A stretch of 32,000 nt of DNA from Nitrosopumilus sp. K4 (GTDB lineage Archaea > Thermoproteota > Nitrososphaeria > Nitrososphaerales > Nitrosopumilaceae). Where the stretch lies: positions 628,164 through 660,163 of the forward strand of contig NZ_CP067007.1 of assembly GCF_018128925.1 (NCBI RefSeq). Direction: 5' to 3'. Position numbers and translations under genes: made by a program. This document shows, in pieces, positions 7,849 through 14,879 of this stretch. Position 1 is the stretch's first letter. Each line of letters opens with the position of its first letter. Below the pieces are notes generated by a model. It saw only the letters and a program-made list of their open reading frames with translations. It was not told where the DNA came from and searched no databases.

Positions 7849-7980
7849 TTAGAACATTGATGATAATGACTCTGTTGATCTGTTTAACATATCCATAGTT
7901 CCGATGATTATTTTTTCCAAAAATTGATTAGCTTGATTGATGATTGATTCAAAATCCATCTGCAACATAATTTTTTGCAT
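7849..7980 (-). CDS. Candidate small ORF (43 aa, helical or acidic)
   Basis: Hand translation gives MQKIMLQMDFESIINQANQFLEKIIIGTMDMLNRSTESLSSMF. It is below the ORF-track cutoff, has no recognised homology, and lies downstream of the 52-aa ORF on the same strand. Confidence 0.2.
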   Translation of the reverse strand: MQKIMLQMDFESIINQANQFLEKIIIGTMDMLNRSTESLSSMF

Positions 7981-8078
7981 GTGTTGATGTGTGAAATTTC
8001 TGTATTATCCATCTGTATGTTTTTTTGAACGAACATTGTTATCTAAAAGAGAGGGGTTTTTGGGCAAAAACTGTGCAA

Positions 8079-8099
8079 GAAGAGGGAAAACCCCTCTTC
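8079..8099 (-). terminator. Hairpin (8-bp GC-rich stem) plus T-run downstream of the 52-aa ORF
   Basis: GAAGAGGG (8079-8086) pairs with CCCTCTTC (8092-8099). On the minus strand it is followed by cacagTTTTTgcc. An alternative 11-bp pairing of 8050-8060 with 8087-8097 is mutually exclusive with this stem. Confidence 0.3.
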
Positions 8100-8116
8100 G
8101 AAATGACACAAACTAC

Positions 8117-8275
8117 TCACTGTTCTTTTTCAAGTCTAATGGTAATCTTGCCTTTTTTGGCAGTATTTACTACTTTTAGGGCTCTGCTCATTACACCCAT
8201 GCCAAATCTTGATAATTCTGCAGCTGAAATGGTTACTTCTCTTGATTTGGCTGATTTTGAAGCTTTTTGTTTCAT
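8117..8275 (-). CDS. Candidate small basic protein (52 aa), possibly ribbon-helix-helix-like
   Basis: Hand translation gives MKQKASKSAKSREVTISAAELSRFGMGVMSRALKVVNTAKKGKITIRLEKEQ. ATG start, with TATA-like cttatattc about 25 nt upstream and a hairpin terminator downstream. The plus-strand track ORFs here (7991..8179, 8025..8282) look like antisense shadows. Confidence 0.4.
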   Translation of the reverse strand: MKQKASKSAKSREVTISAAELSRFGMGVMSRALKVVNTAKKGKITIRLEKEQ

Positions 8276-8337
8276 GAATTGAATATGTGAATTTTGAATA
8301 TAAGACCCGCGTAGAATTGATAAATTATCTATTTTTT

Positions 8338-8355
8338 AAAATAAAAAAGAAAAAA
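8338..8355 (-). terminator. Oligo-T termination tract after the coiled-coil secreted protein gene
   Basis: The minus strand immediately after the stop (8358-8360) reads ccTTTTTTcTTTTTTaTTTT. Oligo-T tracts are the usual archaeal termination signal. Confidence 0.4.
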
Positions 8356-8357
8356 GG

Positions 8358-9071
8358 TTAGAAAACCTTAATGCATTGTGCAACTGCACGGAAATGTTCC
8401 CATCCATGAGAAGCAGGATCTGAGAAAGCCCTAGCTTCAACAACCCATGAATTTCCTGAGGCCATACTGGATTGTATATGTGGACCGATATGGGAAAACT
8501 CGCCTAATACCAATCCATCAAAACCTCCACCAGATAAAGCCCATGTTGCTGGACATGTTGCTGTTGCTGTATCTTTAATTGGATAAGATACACCAGTATC
8601 ATCAACCCATACTGTGGGGCCCGACACTATGATTCTTGCAGTGGTTTCTGCCTCATTAACGCTGATGCATAATACTGAGCCATCTGCTTGAATGGCACGA
8701 ATTGCATTAGTTCCACAATCAGTACCTAGGATACTGTTTAATGTTGCAACATCTTCTTCAAGTGCATCAATTGCATCTGCATTTGCTTCAACATCTGAAC
8801 TCAATGCATCTATTTCAGCATTAATTGCATCAATCTGTGCCTGTAATGCTGCAATATTTGCATCATTATCTGCAGTTAGTGTGTCTATTTCAGCATTAAT
8901 TGCATCAATTTGTTCTTGCAAGTTTGTGAATGGAAGTCCATTTGAGACCCCACCGTTTGCCGGGCTTGCTTCATTAGCATTTCCATTGGCTGCAAACACT
9001 CCTGGGTTGAAACCTAGTGTCCCAACAACCATGATCGCAGCTAATGCTATTGCTATTATTGTTTTAGTCAT
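8358..9071 (-). CDS. Secreted or membrane-anchored protein with Asp/Ala-rich coiled-coil repeats and a Cys-containing C-terminal globular domain
   Basis: ATG at 9071; the track ORF starts at a TTG at 9095. MTKTIIAIALAAIMVVGTLG is a signal or anchor sequence. QIDAINAEID(T/A)L is repeated, with a near-identical 25-bp DNA repeat near 8808 and 8885. The C-terminal domain carries CPATWALSGGGF...AQCIKVF. Confidence 0.7.
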   Translation of the reverse strand: MTKTIIAIALAAIMVVGTLGFNPGVFAANGNANEASPANGGVSNGLPFTNLQEQIDAINAEIDTLTADNDANIAALQAQIDAINAEIDALSSDVEANADAIDALEEDVATLNSILGTDCGTNAIRAIQADGSVLCISVNEAETTARIIVSGPTVWVDDTGVSYPIKDTATATCPATWALSGGGFDGLVLGEFSHIGPHIQSSMASGNSWVVEARAFSDPASHGWEHFRAVAQCIKVF

Positions 9072-9148
9072 TGTTTTTTTGAAATATTGTTGCAATATAA
9101 TTATTTATGAAATTATGATGATCGCTAATTCATCAATTGTTATTTTAT

Positions 9149-9592
9149 CTAAAATGTCTTCATCAAAAACCTTGCTGTTTTTTCATGCATTTCTGAGACT
9201 CTGTCAATTGCATCAAAAAACGTCTGCTGGTTTATGTCTGCTTTGTCATCTAATACGACATACACTCCTACTTTCTGTTTGCCATCTTCCACTAGTATTT
9301 TGTTGATTGCTTGTATGGAATAGCAAAAATCTCCTACTTTTTTCTCAAATTTTGCTTTTTCATCCTCATTAAACCCCAAGTACCTTGCAATCTGGTTATT
9401 TTTCATTACGACTTTGGCACCAACAACTAACACTCCTGGTTGGGCTTTTGGCTCAAAAATTTCTATGGGTATTCCAAATTGCCCTGCATGCTTTACAAGA
9501 ATGTGAAAACTGTTTTCTGGGTTTTTCACTTCGTTAAATGAGAGGCTTTCGTGAATCAACCATCTTTCTACGTTGTCTCTCATTTTGCTCAT
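9149..9592 (-). CDS. DUF2299-like (YbjN/T3SS-chaperone-like fold) archaeal protein
   Basis: 147 aa. The pattern W(L)..E.L...EV.....FH..V.....IPIEIF.PK...VLVVGAKV....NQ...L....EK..F resembles the archaeal DUF2299 family as I remember it. Confidence 0.65.
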   Translation of the reverse strand: MSKMRDNVERWLIHESLSFNEVKNPENSFHILVKHAGQFGIPIEIFEPKAQPGVLVVGAKVVMKNNQIARYLGFNEDEKAKFEKKVGDFCYSIQAINKILVEDGKQKVGVYVVLDDKADINQQTFFDAIDRVSEMHEKTARFLMKTF

Positions 9593-9661
9593 ATTGTGTG
9601 GCTTTACCAGAGGTACTATATGATTCTAAATCTTCTAATTGTTTTATGGTGTAAATTATCT

Positions 9662-9689
9662 ATGTTTCAAAACTCGAATTTAGAAATAT
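9662..9689. repeat. 28-bp imperfect palindrome, copy C (ATGTTTCAAAACTCGAATTTAGAAATAT)
   Basis: Exact match to the copy at 10316-10343. Intergenic, between the stop of 9719..9943(-) and the start of 9149..9592(-). Confidence 0.9.
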
Positions 9690-9718
9690 TGTAAATCTAT
9701 GCCTGCAAATCTGTGTTT

Positions 9719-9943
9719 TCAAATGTTGACGTTGAACCCGTCTTCAAAAACTGGCAGTTGGGTTGCAATTAAAATATTCATAAATATTCCAATTACTGCC
9801 AAAACAATTCCAAGATATAAGCAATTTTTTGCTTTTTTTGGATCCTCATTTCTTAAAATAAAATATGCAATTACTCCACCTATTAATCCAAGAAATATTG
9901 GCAAAAGAAACCATGCATTACTCCTTGGTTTTTCTGGATACAT
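9719..9943 (-). CDS. Small integral membrane protein (2 TM helices)
   Basis: 74 aa. SNAWFLLPIFLGLIGGVIAYFIL and LYLGIVLAVIGIFMNILIA are the hydrophobic segments. The plus-strand ORF 9699..9971 is its shadow. Confidence 0.6.
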   Translation of the reverse strand: MYPEKPRSNAWFLLPIFLGLIGGVIAYFILRNEDPKKAKNCLYLGIVLAVIGIFMNILIATQLPVFEDGFNVNI

Positions 9944-9978
9944 TGTTCTTCTTCTCTTTGATAATCAATAAATTTCAT

Positions 9979-10227
9979 TCATTTGCTTGTTGCCATCTTT
10001 TTTTGAAGTTGTGTTATCTCTATTTCTACTGTTTCTAGCGGATCTTCTACTTGGTTTCTTTTTATTGAAAACATTTTTGGTTTTTCAAAGTCGTCAGTAC
10101 AATCTGGGCATGCATACACTAAGACTCTGTGTTCGTTAGGTGCTTTTGGGTTTGATAATCTTGGATAATACACCAACCTTGCCCCGCAATCAACACAATA
10201 TCTGTTGGCCCTTCTAGTCCTGACCAA
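9979..10227 (-). CDS. Zinc-ribbon protein (CxxC...CxxC)
   Basis: 82 aa. CVDCG...CPDC forms a four-Cys ribbon. Only a TTG start precedes the first CxxC. Confidence 0.55.
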   Translation of the reverse strand: MVRTRRANRYCVDCGARLVYYPRLSNPKAPNEHRVLVYACPDCTDDFEKPKMFSIKRNQVEDPLETVEIEITQLQKKMATSK

Positions 10228-10315
10228 TGTAAACCTCCTGCATTATTGAATATCTGCGATCATCTATTAGATCTGTTTTGTCTAATAGAGTAAACCAAAT
10301 TGTTTCAACCGATCA

Positions 10316-10343
10316 ATGTTTCAAAACTCGAATTTAGAAATAT
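10316..10343. repeat. 28-bp imperfect palindrome, copy D
   Basis: ATGTTTCAAAACTCGAATTTAGAAATAT, located 60 bp from copy E. Confidence 0.9.
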
Positions 10344-10375
10344 CCATTATTTTTCATTACTGTGTTTGGACTAAT

Positions 10376-10403
10376 GTGTTTCAAAACTCGAATTTAGAAA
10401 TAT
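10376..10403. repeat. 28-bp imperfect palindrome, copy E (first base G; remaining 27 bases identical)
   Basis: GTGTTTCAAAACTCGAATTTAGAAATAT. Ends 5 nt from the 3' end of tRNA-Asn. Confidence 0.9.
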
Positions 10404-10408
10404 AAAAG

Positions 10409-10482
10409 CGCCGCCCATCAGACTTGAACTGACGACCGTCCGATTAACAGTCGGATGCTCTACCACGCTGAGCTAGGGCGGC
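10409..10482 (-). tRNA. tRNA-Asn (anticodon GTT), no encoded CCA
   Basis: Hand-folded sequence: GCCGCCC-TA-GCTC-AGCGTGGTA-GAGC-A-TCCGA-CTGTTAA-TCGGA-CGGTC-GTCAG-TTCAAGT-CTGAT-GGGCGGC-G. All four stems pair, with one G-U in the T stem. GC-rich island in AT-rich DNA. Confidence 0.9.
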
Positions 10483-10508
10483 AACAGATTTGTTCCTTGA
10501 AGGAAGTG

Positions 10509-10515
10509 ATTTAAT
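10509..10515 (-). promoter_or_regulatory. TATA-like box for tRNA-Asn
   Basis: The minus strand reads ATTAAAT 27-33 nt upstream of the tRNA 5' end. A 13-bp palindrome TTCCTTGAAGGAA (10493-10505) lies between the box and the tRNA. Confidence 0.3.
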
Positions 10516-10554
10516 CCTTGCGTCTATGTGTTTTAGACCAAAGTCTAAATCTTC

Positions 10555-10842
10555 TCAGTTAAATTTTGCAAAAAACTCTTTGATGTCTTTTGAATATTTC
10601 TCTACTAACTCTATAATTTCTAGATGTTCATCTGCTGTTGGTTCTCTTTGATGTACGACTTGAAATGCACTAAGTGCAGAACCTACCATTTCCCCAACAA
10701 AAAAACCGCATAGAAAGTCTCCGACATTTTGACAATCCCATGTTTGTCCTACTCGAGGTGATGCACCTGCTGTTTTGTACAATTCAAGTGTCTGTGTGAT
10801 TAACTCAGTTGTTTGTTTTGTAAACTCAGGGTCTAAAGTCAT
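10555..10842 (-). CDS. Hypothetical protein at the distal end of the ribosomal operon
   Basis: 95 aa with an ATG start, 22 bp after the uL6 stop. No family recognised. Contains WDCQNVGDFLCGFFVGEMVG. Confidence 0.6.
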   Translation of the reverse strand: MTLDPEFTKQTTELITQTLELYKTAGASPRVGQTWDCQNVGDFLCGFFVGEMVGSALSAFQVVHQREPTADEHLEIIELVEKYSKDIKEFFAKFN

Positions 10843-10864
10843 TGAAAATTCTCAAAATTTTATA

Positions 10865-11422
10865 CTATTTTTCAATACCTTTTTTCTTCTCATAGACATA
10901 AATGCCGTCTAAGAATACTCTGTGGTCTTTGTCTTTAACTTTGGTATGTAATTCTATGTTGGCAGCTGTTTGTGTAATGTCTGTCCATACTTCTCCTGTT
11001 AATATTATGTCTTCACCTTTTGGAACTACTTTGGTATTGCCTACTATTTTTGTAGTTCGTGGTGCTCTTTCACCTTGGAAGTTTTCAATTAGGACTGTTT
11101 TGCCTTCAACTTTTACTGTGATTGGAAAGTGTGCAAAAACAACTTTCATTTTAATTGTATATCCTTCGATAAGACCTTCGCAGATGTTTCTGATGATTGA
11201 TCTTGAAGTATGTAGTATTGAATAATCTCTCTTTCTTCTACCGATTGCTTTTAGCTGTACTTTGTTATCTTTTATTTCAATGTCTACTGGAATGTTTCTA
11301 AAACTCTTGTGAGTTTTTCCTAGTGGTCCTTGAAATTGTAACATGTGTTTTTTTTGTGTAATTGTGACTCCTTCTGGAATTTCCACAACGTCTTCAAATT
11401 TTTCAACTTGCTCAGTAGACAT
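10865..11422 (-). CDS. rpl6: 50S ribosomal protein uL6
   Basis: 185 aa with a typical archaeal L6 two-domain sequence. Overlaps the uS8 stop by 11 nt. Confidence 0.93.
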   Translation of the reverse strand: MSTEQVEKFEDVVEIPEGVTITQKKHMLQFQGPLGKTHKSFRNIPVDIEIKDNKVQLKAIGRRKRDYSILHTSRSIIRNICEGLIEGYTIKMKVVFAHFPITVKVEGKTVLIENFQGERAPRTTKIVGNTKVVPKGEDIILTGEVWTDITQTAANIELHTKVKDKDHRVFLDGIYVYEKKKGIEK

Positions 11423-11804
11423 ATCCTATCAAAAATCCTCCTAGTCCTTTGTTTACTGCTTCATGATGGGACATTACGCCTTGGTTTGTCGTAACAAGCA
11501 GCATTCCTCGGTTATATGCTGGCAAATATTGCTGTTCCCAACTGTTGTATTGATCGTTTTTTACTTTGAATCGTGGTGAGATTGCTCCGCATTTTGTAAT
11601 TTTTGCAAGCAATTTGATTTTGAATTTTCCTCCTCTTTTATCGTCTATGTGTTCAAACTCTCCAATATACCCATCTTTCTGCAATGTTTTTAGAACTTCA
11701 ATTCCTAGTTTTGATGTTGGCAATATGGTACAATCTCCTTTTCTTCTTGATTCATTGTTGTATAGTGTGTTGAACAGGTTTGCTAAAACGTTAGTTGCTG
11801 GCAT
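11412..11804 (-). CDS. rps8: 30S ribosomal protein uS8
   Basis: 130 aa. LANLFNTLYNNE...GGFLIGYVY is typical of archaeal S8. Confidence 0.93.
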   Translation of the reverse strand: MPATNVLANLFNTLYNNESRRKGDCTILPTSKLGIEVLKTLQKDGYIGEFEHIDDKRGGKFKIKLLAKITKCGAISPRFKVKNDQYNSWEQQYLPAYNRGMLLVTTNQGVMSHHEAVNKGLGGFLIGYVY

Positions 11805-11810
11805 ATCTTA

Positions 11811-11990
11811 TCACCGATTTTTCCTGAATCCTAAAGATGTTGCTACTTCTCTGAAGCATCGTCTGCATATCATGAGGTCATATTTCTGAATAACAGCTGT
11901 ATAATCACCGCATCTTTTACACCATCTGGAACCTCTTCCAAAATCGTGCTTTTTTCTTCCTGTAAATTCATATGATCTATCTTTTGCCAT
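11811..11990 (-). CDS. rps14: 30S ribosomal protein uS14 (zinc-binding type)
   Basis: Not in the ORF track (59 aa). Hand translation gives MAKDRSYEFTGRKKHDFGRGSRWCKRCGDYTAVIQKYDLMICRRCFREVATSLGFRKNR, with CxxC...CxxC. The ATG overlaps the uL5 stop (TAATG). The position between uL5 and uS8 is canonical. Confidence 0.9.
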   Translation of the reverse strand: MAKDRSYEFTGRKKHDFGRGSRWCKRCGDYTAVIQKYDLMICRRCFREVATSLGFRKNR

Positions 11991-12511
11991 TATACTACAG
12001 TCACTCCAAATTCTTTTGTTAGATAATCTTTTGCTTCTTGTTTGCTGATAATGTGCTTCTTTCCAACACTTGCTTTGTGTTTACTCCTTCTTCTAATTCC
12101 ATATCCTGGTCTTGTTAGTGTAACTGATATTCCTAATCCTAAAATTCCAATTTGTGGATCGTATTTTACTCCTGGAATGTCGATATGTTCTCTAATTCCA
12201 AACGAATAATTTCCAAAATTGTCAAATGCTTTTCCATTTACTTGATTCCCTTTAGCTTCAAACAATCTTTTTAACAATTCTTTTGCATCTTCTCCTCTCA
12301 CTGTGACTGCGACACCTATTGGCTCTCCTTTTCTTACACCCCAATCCCTTTGTGTTTCTTTAGCTTCTCTGGCACATGATTTTTTACCTGAAATTTGATC
12401 CAGAGCTTTCTTTGCCACATCGATGACATCGCCTGACTTTCCTACGCCCATGTTGAGAACGACTTTCTCTAGTCTGATTTTCTTCATTGGGGATTCTGTT
12501 ACTTGGGACAT
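11990..12511 (-). CDS. rpl5: 50S ribosomal protein uL5
   Basis: 173 aa. KIRLEKVVLNMGVGKSGD is typical of archaeal L5. Confidence 0.93.
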   Translation of the reverse strand: MSQVTESPMKKIRLEKVVLNMGVGKSGDVIDVAKKALDQISGKKSCAREAKETQRDWGVRKGEPIGVAVTVRGEDAKELLKRLFEAKGNQVNGKAFDNFGNYSFGIREHIDIPGVKYDPQIGILGLGISVTLTRPGYGIRRRSKHKASVGKKHIISKQEAKDYLTKEFGVTVV

Positions 12512-12515
12512 GTGA

Positions 12516-13232
12516 TCACTTTATCTGAATTACTGGCTCCTCTTTACCAATTGCCATGATGATGTCAGCTGGAATTTCGATTTTTCTATCTCCTAAAACT
12601 AGTGCTGCTCTTTTTGGGAGGATAAACGAACCTTCTTCCATTGATTCAACCTTGCCGATTTGTCCTGCGTTAATTCCTCTTGTTACTAACGCTTGACACC
12701 CTGCTTCTAGTTTAATTACATCGATAATTTTTTGATCAGGGATTTGAATTAAACATGTATCTCCAATACTTACTTGTGTGTCTGAGATTGTCGAACGACC
12801 GTCATGAAATCCTATTTGCATTCTTCCTTTACTGATGGTTGATTTGCTTGTGACTCTGACTAGTTTCTTTGATTTTTCTGATTCATTGATCTTTAAGGGT
12901 TTCAGTAATTTTCCTTCCATTGGAACTAATCTGTATACATCTGACACGTTTTCTAACTCTACAACATCCATTAATCCAATTGCATGATGAAGTGATTTTC
13001 TAACCACTCCGTCAATCTTTACTTTTCCGGAGTATATTGATGCTTTAGCTTCTCTTAGACTTGTTACAATCTTTAACATATCTCTGAGAAACACTGCTGT
13101 TGGAACAGAATATGCCTTTTTGTGTGGTCCTGGTCTAACTGTGATGACAAATCTTTTGTCTTTTCTTGTAATCCCCCAAAACTGTGGGGCCATTTGCCTT
13201 TTGAGTTTTTTACTACCTGAAATACTTACCAT
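12516..13232 (-). CDS. rps4e: 30S ribosomal protein eS4
   Basis: 238 aa. KKLKRQMAPQFWGI...RPGPHK is the N-terminus of S4e, an archaeal/eukaryotic protein. Confidence 0.93.
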   Translation of the reverse strand: MVSISGSKKLKRQMAPQFWGITRKDKRFVITVRPGPHKKAYSVPTAVFLRDMLKIVTSLREAKASIYSGKVKIDGVVRKSLHHAIGLMDVVELENVSDVYRLVPMEGKLLKPLKINESEKSKKLVRVTSKSTISKGRMQIGFHDGRSTISDTQVSIGDTCLIQIPDQKIIDVIKLEAGCQALVTRGINAGQIGKVESMEEGSFILPKRAALVLGDRKIEIPADIIMAIGKEEPVIQIK

Positions 13233-13669
13233 TAACTATCATCCTCTTTCTTTTCTTTTGTCTCTACTTTTGTTTCTTTAGGTGTTTCTTGTTTTGGTGT
13301 TTCCTTTTGTTGTTTAGCTGGGTTTTTACCTTCTAGTTTTGTAATTCTCCACTTATCATCTGTGTTTAATCCTGTTATTTGGAGATTTGAAGTGTGAATA
13401 TATACATCAAATTTGTCTCCTTTTGTCTTTTCTTTTTTTACTCCTTCAATTGCTACGCTGTTTTTTTCTGTTGACACTTTTGCAATCTTTCCATCAACAC
13501 CTTTGAACTCCCCACGAATAATTTTTACACTGTCTCCTTCAACAACTCTAACGTTTTTCTTTGAATATTTTTTTCTTAACTCTTCTGATAACTGGCTTTT
13601 AAGCTGGTTGCTTTTAGTGTTGTATGTGGCACGATAAATCTGACTGTTTCTCATCTTAGTTGGTTTCAT
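13232..13669 (-). CDS. rpl24: 50S ribosomal protein uL24 with Lys/Glu-rich C-terminal tail
   Basis: 145 aa. KOW motif region [24 protein letters not shown]. Tail ...[20 protein letters not shown]. Confidence 0.9.
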   Translation of the reverse strand: MKPTKMRNSQIYRATYNTKSNQLKSQLSEELRKKYSKKNVRVVEGDSVKIIRGEFKGVDGKIAKVSTEKNSVAIEGVKKEKTKGDKFDVYIHTSNLQITGLNTDDKWRITKLEGKNPAKQQKETPKQETPKETKVETKEKKEDDS

Positions 13670-13670
13670 T

Positions 13671-14093
13671 TCATACCACCATTGATGCCAAGTTAGCTAC
13701 TCTTGGCCATTTTTCTGAAGCTTCTGCTGCTACTGGTCCTTTGATGTCTGTTCCTTTGACTTCTCCTTCTGGGGTAATCAAAACAGCTGCGTTATCTTCA
13801 AAGGCAACTCTTACACCGTTTAGTCTGCGAACTGGATATTTTTGTCTAATAATTACTGCACCATAAACTTGTTTTCTTAATTCTGCAGGTCCTTTCTTTA
13901 CTACTACGTTACAAAAATCGCCAACTGCTGCTGCTGGAAGTCTTGATACTCTTGTTTTGTGCTTTTGAACCATGACGATTTCTAAAATTTTTGCACCTGT
14001 GTTATCTGCACAAACTATGTTGGCGCCTACAGGGATTGATCTTGTGACGTATGGTCTAAATTCTTCTACGCCTTTGCCTGCTTGCTTTGCCAT
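13671..14093 (-). CDS. rpl14: 50S ribosomal protein uL14
   Basis: 140 aa. VCADNTGAK...AVIIRQK is typical of L14. Confidence 0.93.
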   Translation of the reverse strand: MAKQAGKGVEEFRPYVTRSIPVGANIVCADNTGAKILEIVMVQKHKTRVSRLPAAAVGDFCNVVVKKGPAELRKQVYGAVIIRQKYPVRRLNGVRVAFEDNAAVLITPEGEVKGTDIKGPVAAEASEKWPRVANLASMVV

Positions 14094-14416
14094 TATGCTT
14101 TAACCTCCACTACTACATATGATACTGATTTTGAGATTGGTCTGCATTCTGCAGTAAGGACATGATCTCCTGATTCTACATCGATACATTCAGGTACGTG
14201 GGCATGAATTGTATTCTTGCTTCTTGCATATCTCTTAAATTTACTAAAGTAAACTGGTAGTTCTTTTTGTAATGTGATTGTTTGTCTTGCTTTGTCGCTG
14301 GTTACTTTACCGTCAAACAGTTTTCCTCTGATTGATAATCTTCCGTGGAATGGGCAGTGTATGTCTGTGCATTCTCTTGATGGCTCTTTTACTTTCAATC
14401 CAATGTTTTTAGTCAT
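14093..14416 (-). CDS. rps17: 30S ribosomal protein uS17
   Basis: 107 aa. CTDIHCPFHG...GKVTSDKA is typical of archaeal S17. Confidence 0.92.
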   Translation of the reverse strand: MTKNIGLKVKEPSRECTDIHCPFHGRLSIRGKLFDGKVTSDKARQTITLQKELPVYFSKFKRYARSKNTIHAHVPECIDVESGDHVLTAECRPISKSVSYVVVEVKA

Positions 14417-14679
14417 GCTTTTCCTCCCAATCTGTCAAATGATCTTTTTGCAATGTTGGATCCTTTTACAATTATTTCTTTACTGTCTATGTTGAATTTA
14501 AAATCTGAACTTGTCTTTGCAATTGACTTGATTCCGTTTACTGTGTTGATTCTGATCATTGATTTTGTTTCATCAACAATTCTTCCATTTAATCCTATAA
14601 TTTGTGGATTTGATGAGTTTGTGACTTCGGTATTCATTCCAATCAATTCATGTGATGTGATATTTTCTGATGTGATCAT
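14413..14679 (-). CDS. rnp1: RNase P protein component 1 (Rpp29/Pop4 homologue)
   Basis: 88 aa. HELIGMNTEV...GLNGRIVDETKSMIRI is Sm-like Rpp29. The position between uL29 and uS17 is canonical in archaea. Confidence 0.85.
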   Translation of the reverse strand: MITSENITSHELIGMNTEVTNSSNPQIIGLNGRIVDETKSMIRINTVNGIKSIAKTSSDFKFNIDSKEIIVKGSNIAKRSFDRLGGKA

Positions 14680-14879
14680 TTCTTCTTCATCTCGTTTAAT
14701 CTTGTAAGCATTCTTGCTATGTCGTGTCGTAATGGTTTTAGTTTTCCACTTTCTTTTCTTAATGTACCTTTAGACCCATCTACTCTAAGCTTGGCAAGCT
14801 CGCTACGTGTTTCTTGAATCTTGCTTTTTAGATCTTTTTCATTTAATGCTCTGATTGTTTTCATACTTAATCTGCTCAT
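14676..14879 (-). CDS. rpl29: 50S ribosomal protein uL29
   Basis: 67 aa. [16 protein letters not shown] is the L29 helix hairpin. Confidence 0.9.
   Translation of the reverse strand: MSRLSMKTIRALNEKDLKSKIQETRSELAKLRVDGSKGTLRKESGKLKPLRHDIARMLTRLNEMKKK

Noticed and set aside
7855-7960. UGAUGA-like boxes (TGATGA at about 7858 and 7948) suggesting C/D-box sRNAs
   Set aside because: No CUGA D or D' boxes lie at appropriate distances on either strand. The region is better explained by the candidate 43-aa ORF or by plain spacer.
7991-8282. Plus-strand ORFs 7991..8179 and 8025..8282
   Set aside because: They use non-ATG starts, have odd composition, and run through the hairpin region. The minus-strand 52-aa ORF, with its ATG, TATA-like box and terminator, is the better model.
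8692-9306. 204-aa plus-strand ORF
   Set aside because: It is the antisense shadow of the Asp/Ala-repeat secreted protein and of the DUF2299 gene. Its Ser/Ala/Ile low complexity mirrors the coiled-coil codons.
10316-10403. Mini-CRISPR array: two 28-bp repeats starting GTTTCA and ending GAAAT, separated by a 32-bp spacer
   Set aside because: There are only two adjacent repeats and no cas genes or leader in the window. Identical solitary copies lie elsewhere (9662, and a variant at 5468). The repeat is a long near-palindrome more typical of REP, terminator or operator elements. It is kept as a repeat family, not called CRISPR.
5460-10482. Integrated mobile element or genomic island next to tRNA-Asn, bounded by copies of the 28-bp element
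   Set aside because: No integrase, transposase, or viral or plasmid genes are recognisable. The repeat does not overlap the tRNA 3' end as att sites usually do. Base composition looks the same as the flanks by eye. It is mentioned only as a remote possibility in the findings.
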